A stretch of 64,000 bases of DNA from Terriglobia bacterium (GTDB lineage: Bacteria; Acidobacteriota; Polarisedimenticolia; Polarisedimenticolales; JAIQFR01): NCBI GenBank assembly GCA_963748015.1, contig CAVVHE010000004.1, forward strand, positions 2,144,001 through 2,208,000, in the 5' to 3' direction. Positions 20,235-30,690 of this stretch are shown in pieces. Position numbers and translations under genes: made by a program. Each line of letters opens with the position of its first letter. Position 1 is the stretch's first letter. A model generated the notes under the pieces. That model was not told the DNA's origin. It made no database searches and saw only the letters and a list, made by a program, of their open reading frames with translations.

Positions 20235-20927
20235 TCAGCTGCCGAATTCGAAGAACCGTCCGATCACGATATAGACGCCGGCCAGGATGAAGATCGCGCC
20301 GGTCGCCGGCTTCGCCCACCGCTCGATCCGCGCCAGCAGGTCGAATGTGCGGCCCACGAAGCCGATCCCGAGAGCGATCGCGATCGCGACGGCGAGAACG
20401 GGAAGCCCCGTTCCGATCCCGAACAGCGCGGGAAGCGCCACGGGCGACCGGGCGCTGACCGACAGCGGAATCAGGCTCCCGAAGAACAGCCCCGCGGATA
20501 CCGGGCAGAACGAGAGCGCGAACAGCATGCCGAGGAGACCCGCCCCGGCGGCGCCCCCGGAGGCGGCCCGCTTCTTCAGGGCCTCTCCGATCCCCACGGA
20601 CGGCATCGGAATCCGAATCCAGCCGAGGACGAGGACCCCGATGACGATGAGAAGGGGGCCCAGAATCCGGTTCGCCTGCTCCTGCAGGAACCACGACACG
20701 CCGGGGATCGTGAGCACGCTCGTCACGACCAGCATCGCGATCCCGACGTAGGCGAGCGACCGGCCCAGCGTGTAGGCGAGCCCCGAGAGGACGACTCGCC
20801 CCGAGTGGCCCACGTTGCGGCCGAGAAAGGAGACGGCCGCGATGTTCGTCGCGAGGGGGCAGGGGCTGATCGCGGTCAGGATCCCCAGCCACACCGCGGT
20901 CGCCCCGCCGGCGAGGCCCTCGGTCAC
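20235..20927 (-). CDS. ArsG-like (DsbD/CcdA family) membrane protein
   Basis: LGILTAISPCPLATNIAA and FALSFCPVS paired TM cysteines; ars context. Confidence 0.8.
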   Translation of the reverse strand: MTEGLAGGATAVWLGILTAISPCPLATNIAAVSFLGRNVGHSGRVVLSGLAYTLGRSLAYVGIAMLVVTSVLTIPGVSWFLQEQANRILGPLLIVIGVLVLGWIRIPMPSVGIGEALKKRAASGGAAGAGLLGMLFALSFCPVSAGLFFGSLIPLSVSARSPVALPALFGIGTGLPVLAVAIAIALGIGFVGRTFDLLARIERWAKPATGAIFILAGVYIVIGRFFEFGS

Positions 20928-21415
20928 GAGCGGCCCTCGAGATACTGCCGCACCTCGTCCTGGACGTAGCGCACGAAGACCGGCTGATCGTTCAGCAGCT
21001 CCCAGATCCTCGCCAGGTTCTTCCAGCGGACCTGCCCGCCGTTGACCAGGTCGACGACCACCACGGACTTGGTCGCCAGCTTGTAGTCCTGGATGAAGTG
21101 GCCGTTCCCGGGCTCTTCAACGTTGACGACCTTGAAGATCATCCTGCCGTCCTCGATCTCCCGCGCGAAGGCCCCTCTGACGGCCTCGTCGGTGAACGAT
21201 TCGATCTTCTTGCAGGAGACGCACCGGGTGGTCGTGCGGAAGTAGTACACCCGCACGAGGTGGATCGCGGCGTCCGTGGCGCCGGCGCCTCCGGTCGACG
21301 GCGCGCCAGGCTTCGGGACGGCGGGTGCCGGCTCCTTGCCGGCCGCGAACACCGCACCCGACAGGACGAACGCGACCAGGACGACGGCGAGAGCGATTCT
21401 CCGGTTGAGGCTCAT
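20924..21415 (-). CDS. ArsF-like exported thioredoxin-fold protein
   Basis: Signal peptide; VYYFRTTTRCVSCKKIE; VRWKNLARIW. Confidence 0.8.
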   Translation of the reverse strand: MSLNRRIALAVVLVAFVLSGAVFAAGKEPAPAVPKPGAPSTGGAGATDAAIHLVRVYYFRTTTRCVSCKKIESFTDEAVRGAFAREIEDGRMIFKVVNVEEPGNGHFIQDYKLATKSVVVVDLVNGGQVRWKNLARIWELLNDQPVFVRYVQDEVRQYLEGRS

Positions 21416-21429
21416 GGTGGCTCCCGATC

Positions 21430-22464
21430 TCAAACCAGCAGGTTGAAGAGATAGCCGACCACGATGATCCCCGCGGCCACGATCCCGACGAACGTCCCGA
21501 TCAGGGCCGGCTTCAGGACCTTTCGCAGGATGATGACCTCGGGCAAGGACAGCGCGATGACCGCCATCATGAAGGCGAGCACGGTGCCGAGGGACGCGCC
21601 CTTCTCGAGCAGGGCGTGGACCACCGGGATGATCCCCGCGGCGTTCGAGTACATCGGCACGCCGATGAGGACCGCCAGGGGAACGGACCACCACGCGCCC
21701 CTGCCCATGATCGCCGCCATGAAGTTCTCCGGAACGTACCCGTGGATACCGGCGCCGACGGCTATTCCGGCCAGCACGAACGGCCAGACCCTTCCCACGA
21801 TGTCCCGAACGGCCGCCAGGCCGGCGCGGATCCGGTCTTCCCATGCGACGGACTCGCCCGGGACGGCCCCCTGCCCCGCCTGCGTCTCGAACACCCAGGG
21901 CTCCACGTGGCGCTCCATTCGGAGCCGCCCGACGGTCCACCCGGATACGATGGCGATCGCGAGCCCGGTGACGAGGTAGAGCCCCGCCACCTTCCAGCCG
22001 AACATCGCGAAGAGGAGCGCTAAGGCCACCTCGTTGACCATGGGCGCCGAGACCAGGAACGAGAAGGTCACGCCCAGCGGGACGCCCGCGGCGACGAAGC
22101 CGATGAACAGCGGCACGGCGGAGCAGGAGCAGAACGGGGTGACGGTTCCCAGGAGAGCCGCGAGCACGTTGCCGACCGACTCTCTCTTTCCCGCCAGCAG
22201 GCTCCGCGTACGTTCGGGGGTGAAGTACGACCGGACGATCCCGACCCCGAAGACCACCAGGACCAGGAGCAGGAGGACCTTCGGCGCCTCGTACACGAAG
22301 AAGCCGACCGCGCTTCCGAGCGGCACCGAGGCGTCGAGGCGCAGGAGATCTCGCGTCGCCCAGCCGGCGATCGAGGGGAGGCTCCTGTACGCGACCAGCC
22401 ATGCGGCGAGCGCCACGGCCAGCGCCGCCCACAGCACCGCCGCACGTCGCGACGACTCACGCAT
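21430..22464 (-). CDS. arsP: ArsP family organoarsenical efflux permease
   Basis: TPFCSCSAVPLF, SAPMVNEVA, GVPMYSNAAG, ALSLPE. Confidence 0.88.
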   Translation of the reverse strand: MRESSRRAAVLWAALAVALAAWLVAYRSLPSIAGWATRDLLRLDASVPLGSAVGFFVYEAPKVLLLLVLVVFGVGIVRSYFTPERTRSLLAGKRESVGNVLAALLGTVTPFCSCSAVPLFIGFVAAGVPLGVTFSFLVSAPMVNEVALALLFAMFGWKVAGLYLVTGLAIAIVSGWTVGRLRMERHVEPWVFETQAGQGAVPGESVAWEDRIRAGLAAVRDIVGRVWPFVLAGIAVGAGIHGYVPENFMAAIMGRGAWWSVPLAVLIGVPMYSNAAGIIPVVHALLEKGASLGTVLAFMMAVIALSLPEVIILRKVLKPALIGTFVGIVAAGIIVVGYLFNLLV

Positions 22465-22885
22465 CGAGACGCCTCGCGCGCCCCGCGGGCTTCGTACCGC
22501 GCGGCGCGGCCGCCGCGGCCCTCTCCGCCGGGATCAGCGCGCACAGCTTCGCGAGCGGCATCCTCGCGACCGCCCCGAGCCGCCGGCGGTCCTCCAGGAC
22601 CTTCGGGTCCCCCACGAGCGCTCCTCGCAGGAGCCGGAGAACCTCCCGCGCGTGAGGGTTGTGGCCGGTGCCGCCCAGGGAGTAGTGAATCCACCGGCCC
22701 TCCCGGCGATCGTCGACCAGTCCCGCGGCCTTGAGGAGAGAGAGGTGCTTCGAGACCGTGGACGGCGCCAACCGGAGCACGGCCTGGATCTGGCAGACGC
22801 ACAGTTCGCGGCCCTCGAGGAGCTTCAGGATCCGGGTCCGCGTGGGGTCCGCGGCGGCTTTCAGCGCGGCCTCGAAGAGGCGCAT
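22457..22885 (-). CDS. arsR: ArsR/SmtB family metalloregulator
   Basis: KAAADPTRTRIL, ELCVCQI box, STVSKHLSLLK, RREGRWIHYSL; GGAGG RBS. Confidence 0.93.
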   Translation of the reverse strand: MRLFEAALKAAADPTRTRILKLLEGRELCVCQIQAVLRLAPSTVSKHLSLLKAAGLVDDRREGRWIHYSLGGTGHNPHAREVLRLLRGALVGDPKVLEDRRRLGAVARMPLAKLCALIPAERAAAAAPRGTKPAGRARRLDA

Positions 22886-22900
22886 CGGACCCTCCCATAT

Positions 22901-22944
22901 TTCGCTAGATGGCGAATTGTAGTAACGGGGTGTCCCCGTGTCAA
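22901..22944 (-). promoter_or_regulatory. ars operon sigma70 promoter with putative ArsR operator
   Basis: TTGACA(22944-39)-N17-TACAAT(22921-16); inverted repeat TTCGC-N6-GCGAA (22901-16) just downstream of the -10. Confidence 0.75.
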
Positions 22945-22998
22945 GAACGCAGCCCGGGGGGGGCGGAGACGACGATCGCGGCCGGGATTCGCGCGGGG

Positions 22999-23508
22999 TC
23001 ACGGCGCGGGCCGGCGCCGTTGCCCTCCCTTTGCCGCGAACAGCGCCACGAGGACTTGCCTGCGGTGACGGAAGATGGCCTCGACGTCACGTCTCACGAA
23101 CAACCGGTGGACGAGCGCGCCTCCCCGGACCCGATAGTCCACGCGATCGAGGACCAGCGTCCCCCCGTCCTGCTCGCGAAAGACGTGCCGATGGACCCAC
23201 GACCGGTAAGGGCCCTGGCGCTGCTCGTCGACGAACCCGCGCGGCGGGTCCCACTCCGTGATCTCGGTCCGCCAGCGGACCGGCACGCCGTGGATGCGGA
23301 TCCGGTAGTCGAGCGTCAGGCCTCTACGCATTTCGACCGGCAACGGGGTCTGGATCCGAAACCCGAGCCAGGAGGGGGTGATCGTGTCGAGGTTGGCCGC
23401 GTCGGCGAAGAACGGGAACACCTCCCCGACCGGCCCGGGCAGCCAGACGCTCGTTTCGAGCGTCCACGCGGAGCTGCCGGAACGCGAAATATCGAGATTG
23501 CCACTCAC
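22999..23508 (-). CDS. SRPBCC family ligand-binding protein (start uncertain)
   Basis: VFPFFADAANLDTITP, WRTEITEWDPPRGFVDEQRQGPYRSWVHRH, IFRHR. Confidence 0.85.
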   Translation of the reverse strand: MSGNLDISRSGSSAWTLETSVWLPGPVGEVFPFFADAANLDTITPSWLGFRIQTPLPVEMRRGLTLDYRIRIHGVPVRWRTEITEWDPPRGFVDEQRQGPYRSWVHRHVFREQDGGTLVLDRVDYRVRGGALVHRLFVRRDVEAIFRHRRQVLVALFAAKGGQRRRPAP

Positions 23509-23642
23509 GAGAACCCGGCCCCTCTCCGGCGCCTCGCAAACAGGGCGTTCCCGGCCCGCTCGTCGCGATGCTTCAATGTCCGTCACCCGCGGCACGAGGA
23601 TCCAACGAAGCCGGGATGGGCCCCGAAGCGGCCCGGGAGGTT

Positions 23643-24599
23643 TCAGCGGCCGGCGGCATCACGGTGCTGCAGCAGCGCGCGGAACGACCGGAGGTCCCTG
23701 CATCGCGTGGCGCCGATCTCCTCGAGGATCGCGTCGTAGCTCTCGGCCGCACCGCCCCCGACGTACACCCGCACCGAGCCGGGAAGGGCCCGGCGTAGCT
23801 TGCGCAGGTCCGTGGCCAGCTCGGGGTCCCCTGCGGGGTGCACGATGCTGAGGGCAACCGCCCTTGCGCCGCAGCGGGCCGCGGCGGCGGCGATGTCCTC
23901 GGACGGAGCGTCGGCCCCGAGGTAGGTCACCCTGAAGCCCTCGGCCGCCGCGATCGCGGCGGCCATGAGCGCCCCCATCTCGTGATGCTGCCTAGCCGGG
24001 GTGGCGACCACCAGATCGATGCCGGCGCCGGTGCCGGCCCGGGACTCCCGGAGCGATTCCAGGAGCGGACGGATCGTCGCTACGGCGAGGTGCTCCTGCC
24101 AGACCGCGAGCGACCCCGCCGCCCATCGCTCGCCGATCTCCTGGAGGAGAGGCGCTACGACCTGGTCGAGCAAGGCAATCGTTCCCAGATCCAGCGCGGC
24201 CGCGGACAGCGCGGCACGGAGGCGCGCCGGATCGGGGCGATCCAGCGCCTCCAGGCATTCACGCAGGTGGTCGCTCGCGGCGGTAGGGGGAGAAGGCTCG
24301 GCCGGAGCCTCGACCGCCACCGCGGCGGCCTCGTCGGCCTCGACGAGCAACGCCAGCTCGCCGGTCGGAAGCGGCGCTACCGCTCCGATTGAGCGCCCCA
24401 GAAGGGTCGCCCGGCGGAGCAGCGCGAGACGTTCCACCTCCTCGTCGGTGTAGAGGCGCCGGTTCGTCCCCGAGCGCAGCGGCCGGACCGCGCCGTAACG
24501 CCTTTCCCACATCCGGATCACGTCGAGCGTCAAGCCGGTTCGGCGGGCAACGACCTGAATCGGGTGTTTCCCCTGGCTCGAAACCTGTTCGGTGCTCAC
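23643..24599 (-). CDS. carH: CarH/LitR family adenosylcobalamin-dependent photoreceptor/repressor (MerR HTH + B12-binding)
   Basis: IRMWERRYG..P.RS..NRRLY; W-x9-EH (WAAGSLAVWQEH); HHEMGA B12 motif; YLGADAP, ALS, VGG. Confidence 0.88.
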   Translation of the reverse strand: MSTEQVSSQGKHPIQVVARRTGLTLDVIRMWERRYGAVRPLRSGTNRRLYTDEEVERLALLRRATLLGRSIGAVAPLPTGELALLVEADEAAAVAVEAPAEPSPPTAASDHLRECLEALDRPDPARLRAALSAAALDLGTIALLDQVVAPLLQEIGERWAAGSLAVWQEHLAVATIRPLLESLRESRAGTGAGIDLVVATPARQHHEMGALMAAAIAAAEGFRVTYLGADAPSEDIAAAAARCGARAVALSIVHPAGDPELATDLRKLRRALPGSVRVYVGGGAAESYDAILEEIGATRCRDLRSFRALLQHRDAAGR

Positions 24600-24606
24600 G
24601 AAAGTC

Positions 24607-24646
24607 AATTTACAGGCTCGTCCAGCACTTGTCAATCTGAAGTTCA
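24607..24646 (-). promoter_or_regulatory. carH promoter overlapped by 11-bp-phased TnnAC repeats
   Basis: TTGACA(24635-30)-N17-TAAATT(24612-07); TGAACT, TTGACA and TGGACG at exact 11-bp spacing. Confidence 0.7.
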
Positions 24647-24777
24647 GGACAGCCCGTGCGTCGAGAGTCCTCCTTCTCCCCACGCAGGCAGATGGGATTG
24701 GGGACTTCAGGAACTTGAAAAGGGCCGATAACGTGGCCTTTCTGCGGGTTGAAGGGCCGCTGTAACCTCTTGATCTT

Positions 24778-24833
24778 GGTCAATAAATTGTCCTAGACAT
24801 TTCCTTGACATTCATTCGTCGAGACCGTATGAT
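24778..24833 (+). promoter_or_regulatory. fasciclin promoter with putative CarH operator
   Basis: TTGACA(24805-10)-N17-TATGAT(24828-33); TAGACA(24794) and TTGACA(24805) 11 bp apart; AGGACA and TTGACC 11 bp apart on the minus strand. Confidence 0.75.
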
Positions 24834-24902
24834 CTCCCCTGTCAGAAACAAAACCCGCCTCGGGAAGGTCGAGGCGCTACAGGGAAGATCTCAGGAGGCC
24901 TT

Positions 24903-25880
24903 ATGAAAACGAGACTCACCGGAGCGACGAAGTTGGCGGTGGTGGCAACGATGATGATCGCCGGCGGGCATGCCTGGGCGGGCTCGCTGGACCCGCGATC
25001 GCAGCTTGGCGCGTCGAGCGCCCCCGGGACGCCCATCAGCTACTCCAGCAACAACATCGTCAAGAAGCTGGAGAAGATGGGTAACTTCTCCATCCTGCTG
25101 ACCGCGCTCGAAACGGCCAACCTCAAGGGCGCCGTAGCCACCGGCGGCCCGTTCACCCTGTTCGCGCCGACCGATGCCGCGTTCGCGGACCTGCTCTCCC
25201 AGCTCAACGTCACGGCCCCCGAGCTGCTCGCCAACCCGGACCTCGCGAACATCCTCCTGTATCACGTCGCTTCCGGAAACCGCAGCGCGTTCCAGCTCCT
25301 CAAGAGCAGCACGCAGCCCACCCTCTTCGACGCTAGGTCCGTGCTCGTCGTTCTCGAGGGGACGAGCGTGCTCGTGAACCGGGCCAAGGTCACGCGGGCG
25401 AACGTCCCGGGGGGCAACGGGACCATTCATGTGATCGACAAGGTGCTGCTGCCTCCCACGGAGCCGGCGAGCATCAACAACCTTCTCGACGTCCTCGCGC
25501 TCGACGGCCGTTTCTCGATCCTGCTGACCGCGCTCGAGCTCACGGGGCTGGACGACGCGGTGGCCGCCCCCGGCCCGTTCACCCTCTTCGCGCCGACGGA
25601 CGATGCCTTCGCCCGCCTGCTCGCCGACCTGAACATCACGGCCGATCAGCTCCTCGCGAACCCGGATCTCTCGAAGATCCTGCTCTACCACGTGGTCGGC
25701 AGGCGCGCGGGTGCGATCCAGCTGCTCGTCTCCGGTCGGGCCACCACGCTGGAGGGCAGCAACCTGAGCGTCCGCCTCCGGCGCGACGGCGTCTACATCG
25801 ACGATTCCCGGGTGATCAACCCGAACATCAACACGCCGAACGGCGTCATCCACACCCTGGACAAGGTCCTCCTTCCCTAG
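24903..25880 (+). CDS. secreted protein with two fasciclin (FAS1) domains
   Basis: Twice FSILLTALE...GPFTLFAPTD.AF...ILLYHV...NG.IH..DKVLLP; AGGAGG RBS. Confidence 0.95.
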   Translation: MKTRLTGATKLAVVATMMIAGGHAWAGSLDPRSQLGASSAPGTPISYSSNNIVKKLEKMGNFSILLTALETANLKGAVATGGPFTLFAPTDAAFADLLSQLNVTAPELLANPDLANILLYHVASGNRSAFQLLKSSTQPTLFDARSVLVVLEGTSVLVNRAKVTRANVPGGNGTIHVIDKVLLPPTEPASINNLLDVLALDGRFSILLTALELTGLDDAVAAPGPFTLFAPTDDAFARLLADLNITADQLLANPDLSKILLYHVVGRRAGAIQLLVSGRATTLEGSNLSVRLRRDGVYIDDSRVINPNINTPNGVIHTLDKVLLP

Positions 25881-25902
25881 CTCCGGCTAGCTCCAGCGTT
25901 CC

Positions 25903-25942
25903 CGAGGGCCGGAAGGCGGCGAAGGCCGCCTTCCGGCCCTCG
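25903..25942 (+). terminator. perfect 18-bp hairpin after the fasciclin gene
   Basis: CGAGGGCCGGAAGGCGGC-GAAG-GCCGCCTTCCGGCCCTCG; no poly-U, so it may be an mRNA stabiliser. Confidence 0.55.
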
Positions 25943-26240
25943 CCTCTAGGTGCCCCTGGGAGAACCGCCGCGAAGAGAACTCCGCAACCGGGCGACGGAC
26001 GACTAGAATATGGACGAGGGAAGGCCGGTAGATCGGAACGACGGAGCGTCCGTTCGAGCTCGTCGTGGCGGAGAGCGAGTGCGCTGGGCCTGGGCGCCTT
26101 GCAAGCCCCTTCGGAAGGGGTTGTTCGCTGCACGGCCGGCAAATGCCTCGGCCTCGCTCCGGTGCACTTCGCGATCTTCGCCGGGGGCGGGCGTACCCGA
26201 GAAACGACGAGAATCAGGATAGCCTGGCGGTGGCCATCGC

Positions 26241-27485
26241 ATGAGAATCGCGGTCGTCGGAGCGGGTGTGTCGGGCCTCGTGGCCGCGTATCTTCTGAAC
26301 GAAGACCACGAGGTCACGGTTTTCGAGGCCGGTGCCCACGCCGGAGGGCACGCGCACACCGTGGACGCCGAGATGGACGGCGCGATCCACCCGGTGGACG
26401 TCGGATTCGTGGTGTTCAACGAATCCACCTACCCTAACTTCGTCAGGCTCCTCCGGAAGCTGGGCGTCGCGAGCCGGCCCACCAGCATGAGCTTCGGCGT
26501 CCGCTGCGATCGCACGGGAATCGAGTACTGCGGGACCTCTCTCGACACGGTTTTCGCCCAGAGGCGCAACCTGGTGCGCCCGTCGTTCCTGCGCATGCTC
26601 CGGGACATCCTGCGCTTCAATCGGGAGGCGAAGGAGCTTCTCGATCTCGGCATCGCCGCGCCGACGCTCGGCGAGCTGGTGCGCGAGCGGGGCTACTCGC
26701 GCGAGTTCCTGGATCATTACCTCGTTCCCATGGTGGCGGCGATCTGGTCCGCCGATCCCGACAAGGTGGCCGACTTCCCCGCGCTCTTCTTCGTCCGCTT
26801 CTTCCGGAACCACGGGCTGCTCGGGGTCGACTCGCATCTGCCGTGGCGGGTCGTGCAGGGCGGCTCCCGGCGGTACGTGGAGGCGCTCACCCGGTCTTTC
26901 GGGGACCGGATCAGGCTGAGCACGCCCGTCCGCTCGGTCACCCGGGCAGCCGACTTCGTGACGGTCGTCCCCGAGAGCGGCCCGCCCGAGCGCTTCGATC
27001 ATGCGATCCTCGCCACCCACGCGGACCAGGCCCTGGACCTGCTCACGGACGCGGTGGAGGGCGAGCGGGAGATCCTCCGGGCTTTTCCGTCCACCCGGAA
27101 CGAAGCCGTCCTTCACACCGACGCCTCGGTGCTGCCCTCCCGCCGGAAGGCCTGGGCCAGCTGGAACTACCGGCTCCCCGAGACCGAGGGCGGCCGCGTC
27201 GCGGTCACCTACGACATGACCCGCCTCCAGGGACTCGCCACCCTCGAGCCGATCTGCCTCTCCCTCAACCCGACGGTGGAGATCGATCCCGCCCGCGTGC
27301 TTCGCCGGTTCTCCTTCGAGCACCCGCTCTACACCCCCGCCTCGATCGCCGCGCAGGAGCGGCACGGCGAGATCAGCGGCACGGGGAGAACCCACTTCGC
27401 GGGAGCGTACTGGGGAAACGGGTTCCACGAGGACGGGGTGGCCAGCGCGCTCGCGGTCTGCCGCCGCTTCGGGAAGACGCTGTGA
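26241..27485 (+). CDS. FAD-dependent oxidoreductase (amine oxidase family; UfaD-like fatty acyl desaturase)
   Basis: [50 protein letters not shown]. Confidence 0.9.
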   Translation: MRIAVVGAGVSGLVAAYLLNEDHEVTVFEAGAHAGGHAHTVDAEMDGAIHPVDVGFVVFNESTYPNFVRLLRKLGVASRPTSMSFGVRCDRTGIEYCGTSLDTVFAQRRNLVRPSFLRMLRDILRFNREAKELLDLGIAAPTLGELVRERGYSREFLDHYLVPMVAAIWSADPDKVADFPALFFVRFFRNHGLLGVDSHLPWRVVQGGSRRYVEALTRSFGDRIRLSTPVRSVTRAADFVTVVPESGPPERFDHAILATHADQALDLLTDAVEGEREILRAFPSTRNEAVLHTDASVLPSRRKAWASWNYRLPETEGGRVAVTYDMTRLQGLATLEPICLSLNPTVEIDPARVLRRFSFEHPLYTPASIAAQERHGEISGTGRTHFAGAYWGNGFHEDGVASALAVCRRFGKTL

Positions 27486-28264
27486 CGTCGACGGGCGGAC
27501 GAAGCTGCATCTACGTCGGAACGGTCCTTCACAGGCGGACCCAGCCGGTGGCGCACGCTTTCCGCTTCCCGCTGTTCATGTTGCACCTCGACCTCGGCGA
27601 GACGGACACGGTCTTCGGGGGCCGCTGGCTCTGGTCCGCCCGCCGCCCGGCGCCGGCGTGGTTCCGGCGCCGCGACCACTTCGGAGATCCCGCGATCCCG
27701 CTCGACCGGGTCGTTCGCGATCTGGTGGAGGAGAAGACGGGCTCGAGGCCCTCGGGGCCGGTCACGATACTCACCCACCTCCGCTACTTCGGAGTGTGCA
27801 TCAATCCGATCAGCCTGTACTACTGCTACGACGCCGCGGGAGAGCGCGTCGAGGCCGTCGTCGCGGAAGTCCACAACACCCCCTGGAACGAGCGTCACTG
27901 CTACGTGCTCGACGGCCGCGGCGATTCTCCGGGCACCCCCGTCCTGCGGCGCGGCATTCGCAAGGCGTTTCACGTCTCCCCTTTCATGGACATGGACGTG
28001 GACTACCGTTTCCGCGTCGGGCGGCCGGGGCGAACGCTCCTCCTGCACATCGAGAACCTGCGGGAGGGCCGGCGCTTCTTCCACGCGGCGCTCGCGCTCC
28101 GCAGGCGGGAGATCGGCCCGGCGTCCCTTGCGGGGGTGTTGGCGAGGTATCCGCTCGTGACGGCGCAGGTCATGATCGCCATCTACTACCAGGCCCTACG
28201 TCTCTGGATGAAGCGGGTGCCGTTCCATCCGCATCCGGGACGCTCGGGAGAAGCCGCGAAATGA
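27482..28264 (+). CDS. DUF1365 family protein (UfaO-like)
   Basis: GTGA overlap; [48 protein letters not shown]. Confidence 0.92.
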   Translation: MTSTGGRSCIYVGTVLHRRTQPVAHAFRFPLFMLHLDLGETDTVFGGRWLWSARRPAPAWFRRRDHFGDPAIPLDRVVRDLVEEKTGSRPSGPVTILTHLRYFGVCINPISLYYCYDAAGERVEAVVAEVHNTPWNERHCYVLDGRGDSPGTPVLRRGIRKAFHVSPFMDMDVDYRFRVGRPGRTLLLHIENLREGRRFFHAALALRRREIGPASLAGVLARYPLVTAQVMIAIYYQALRLWMKRVPFHPHPGRSGEAAK

Positions 28265-29550
28265 GCCGTACAGCGGGTGGAGAGCTGACCCTGGCCGGGC
28301 GGAGCGCTGCGCCGTCCGTCCTCGACAGGCTGGCGCGACGAGGCCTCCTCTCCCGCCTCGCGGAGCTTCGCGACGGGGAGATCGAGCTCCGCGAGGGGGC
28401 GGAGCGGCGGACCTTCGGCCGCGCGAGCGCCGATTCGCCGCTGCGGGCGGTGGTCGAGGTGCGCTCGCCCCGCTTCTACTCGGAAGTCGCCCTGGGAGGG
28501 ACCATCGGCGCCGGCGAGGCCTACATGCGCGGCCTCTGGTCGGTGGACGACCTGACCGCGCTCGTCCGGATCCTGGTCAGGAATCGAGATTTGATGGAAC
28601 GCATGGAGGGAGGCCTCGCGCGCCTGAAGGCGCCTTTCCTGAGGCTCCTCCACCTGAGCCGGCGCAACACGCGGGGCCGGAGCCGGGTCAACATCGGACA
28701 GCACTACGACCTGGGCAACGAGTTCTTCTCGCTGTTCCTGGACCCGACGCTGATGTACTCCTGCGCGGAGTTCGAGGCCGGGGACGAGGACCTCGAGCGG
28801 GCGTCGCTCCGGAAGATCGACCGGATCTGCGAGGACCTGAAGCTCTCGCCGGGAGACGAGCTCCTGGAGATCGGGACGGGCTGGGGAGGGCTCGCGCTGC
28901 GCGCGGCGTCGAGGTACGGCTGCCGGGTCGTGACCACGACGATCTCGAGGAAGCAGCACGAGCGCGCTGCCGCCCGCGTCCGGGAGGCCGGCCTCGAGGG
29001 CAGGATCACCGTCGTCCTGGAGGACTACCGCGACCTGCCCCGCCGTCTCGGCCGCCGCTTTCCCAAGATGGTGTCCGTGGAGATGGTCGAGGCGGTCGGG
29101 CACGACTACCTCGACACCTATTTCCGGACCTCCGGCGAGCTGCTCGAGCCGGGAGGCGCCATGCTCCTCCAGGCGATCGTGATCGCCGACCCGCTCTACG
29201 AGAGCTACCGCCGCTCCGTGGACTTCATCCAGCGCTACATCTTCCCCGGCGGCGCGCTCCCGTCGGTCGCCGCGATTCGAGCATCGCTCGCGCGCGCGAC
29301 GGGCCTCGAGGTTCGCGGCGTTCGCGACATCTCGGAGCACTACCCGCCCACGCTGCGCGCGTGGCGCAGGAGCTTCGCCGCGAGCCGAGACCGGATCCGG
29401 GACCTCGGGTACTCGGACGAGTTCATCCGCATGTGGGAGTTCTACTTCTCCTACTCGGAGGGAGGATTTCTCGAAGGAACGGTGGCCGACGTGCAGCTGC
29501 TGCTGGGGGGTCCCGGGCCACGGAGATCCCCCGCGGCGGCCGGAGGCTGA
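28261..29550 (+). CDS. cyclopropane-fatty-acyl-phospholipid synthase family methyltransferase (UfaM-like)
   Basis: [56 protein letters not shown]. Confidence 0.93.
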   Translation: MSRTAGGELTLAGRSAAPSVLDRLARRGLLSRLAELRDGEIELREGAERRTFGRASADSPLRAVVEVRSPRFYSEVALGGTIGAGEAYMRGLWSVDDLTALVRILVRNRDLMERMEGGLARLKAPFLRLLHLSRRNTRGRSRVNIGQHYDLGNEFFSLFLDPTLMYSCAEFEAGDEDLERASLRKIDRICEDLKLSPGDELLEIGTGWGGLALRAASRYGCRVVTTTISRKQHERAAARVREAGLEGRITVVLEDYRDLPRRLGRRFPKMVSVEMVEAVGHDYLDTYFRTSGELLEPGGAMLLQAIVIADPLYESYRRSVDFIQRYIFPGGALPSVAAIRASLARATGLEVRGVRDISEHYPPTLRAWRRSFAASRDRIRDLGYSDEFIRMWEFYFSYSEGGFLEGTVADVQLLLGGPGPRRSPAAAGG

Positions 29551-29559
29551 GGGACCGCC

Positions 29560-30594
29560 ATGGACGTGACTCTCGAAGCGGCGGAGCGCGGGCTCGTTCC
29601 GGACTTCCTGCTTCGCGCCGGGATGCGGCGCCTCCTTCGCGAGCGCCTCCGCGAGGAGGACCGTGGCGGGTGCGAGGCGAACCAGGCGGCGCTGGAAACG
29701 CTCGTCGAGGAGCTGCGCCGAAGCCCCATCGCGATCTCGACGCGTCGGGCCAACGAGCAGCACTACGAGGTTCCGGACGCGTTCTTCCGCCTGGTGCTCG
29801 GCCCTCGCATGAAGTACAGCTGCTGCCTCTGGGAGCCCGGCACCGCGGATCTGGCGGCGGCCGAAGACGCGATGCTCCGCCTGACCGCCGAGCGCGCGGG
29901 GATCGAGGACGGCCAGGACGTCCTGGAGCTCGGGTGCGGGTGGGGGTCGCTCACGCTGTGGCTGGCGGAGCGCTTTCCTCGCTGCCGCATCCTCGCCGTG
30001 TCGAACTCCGCCACGCAGCGGGAGTTCATCGAGGCGGAGTGCCAGCGCCGCGGGCTCGCCGGCGTGCGCGTGGCGACCGCGGACATGAACGGCTTCGAGC
30101 CCGGCGGGACGTTCGACCGGATCGTGTCCGTGGAGATGTTCGAGCACATGCGGAACCACGAGCGGCTGCTCGAGCGCATCGCCTCGTGGCTCCGCCCTGA
30201 AGGCAAGCTGTTCGTGCACGTCTTCTGCCACCGCGATCTCGCCTACACGTTCGACGTCGGCGGAAGGAACGACTGGATGGCCCGCCACTTCTTCACCGGC
30301 GGGCTGATGCCGTCCGACGGGTTGCTGCTCCGCTTCCAGCGCCACCTGCGGGTGGAGCGGCACTGGAGGGTGGACGGCACGCATTACCGGAAGACCTCGC
30401 GAGCCTGGCTCGATAACCTCGACGCCCGGCGGGCCGAGGTCCGGCGGGTTCTCGACTCGGCCTACGGTCCGCCCGAATCCCGCCGGTGGCTGCGGAGATG
30501 GCGCCTCTTCTTCATGGCGTGCGAGGAGCTCTTCGGCTACCGGCGCGGCCAGGAGTGGTGGGTGGCGCACTACCTGCTGGGCGGGAAGGGGTAG
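29560..30594 (+). CDS. second CFA-synthase-like SAM methyltransferase (coclaurine N-methyltransferase-like subfamily)
   Basis: [51 protein letters not shown]. Confidence 0.9.
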   Translation: MDVTLEAAERGLVPDFLLRAGMRRLLRERLREEDRGGCEANQAALETLVEELRRSPIAISTRRANEQHYEVPDAFFRLVLGPRMKYSCCLWEPGTADLAAAEDAMLRLTAERAGIEDGQDVLELGCGWGSLTLWLAERFPRCRILAVSNSATQREFIEAECQRRGLAGVRVATADMNGFEPGGTFDRIVSVEMFEHMRNHERLLERIASWLRPEGKLFVHVFCHRDLAYTFDVGGRNDWMARHFFTGGLMPSDGLLLRFQRHLRVERHWRVDGTHYRKTSRAWLDNLDARRAEVRRVLDSAYGPPESRRWLRRWRLFFMACEELFGYRRGQEWWVAHYLLGGKG

Positions 30595-30690
30595 CGATGC
30601 GCATCTTTCTCAAGCTCCGCGAGGGCGAGCCGATCGAGACGCTGCTGCTGCGGCGCAACGCCTGATCGCTGCCGGAAAGGACCTCCCGGA

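Noticed and set aside
17522..22885. Selenocysteine read-through in the redox/ars genes
   Set aside because: All expected catalytic Cys are ordinary TGC/TGT codons; no in-frame TGA at motif positions
25943..26240. Intergenic region considered as a cobalamin riboswitch or small gene
   Set aside because: Only short hairpins; no recognisable B12 box; the small ORFs lack protein-like composition. An Rfam scan would be needed to exclude it fully
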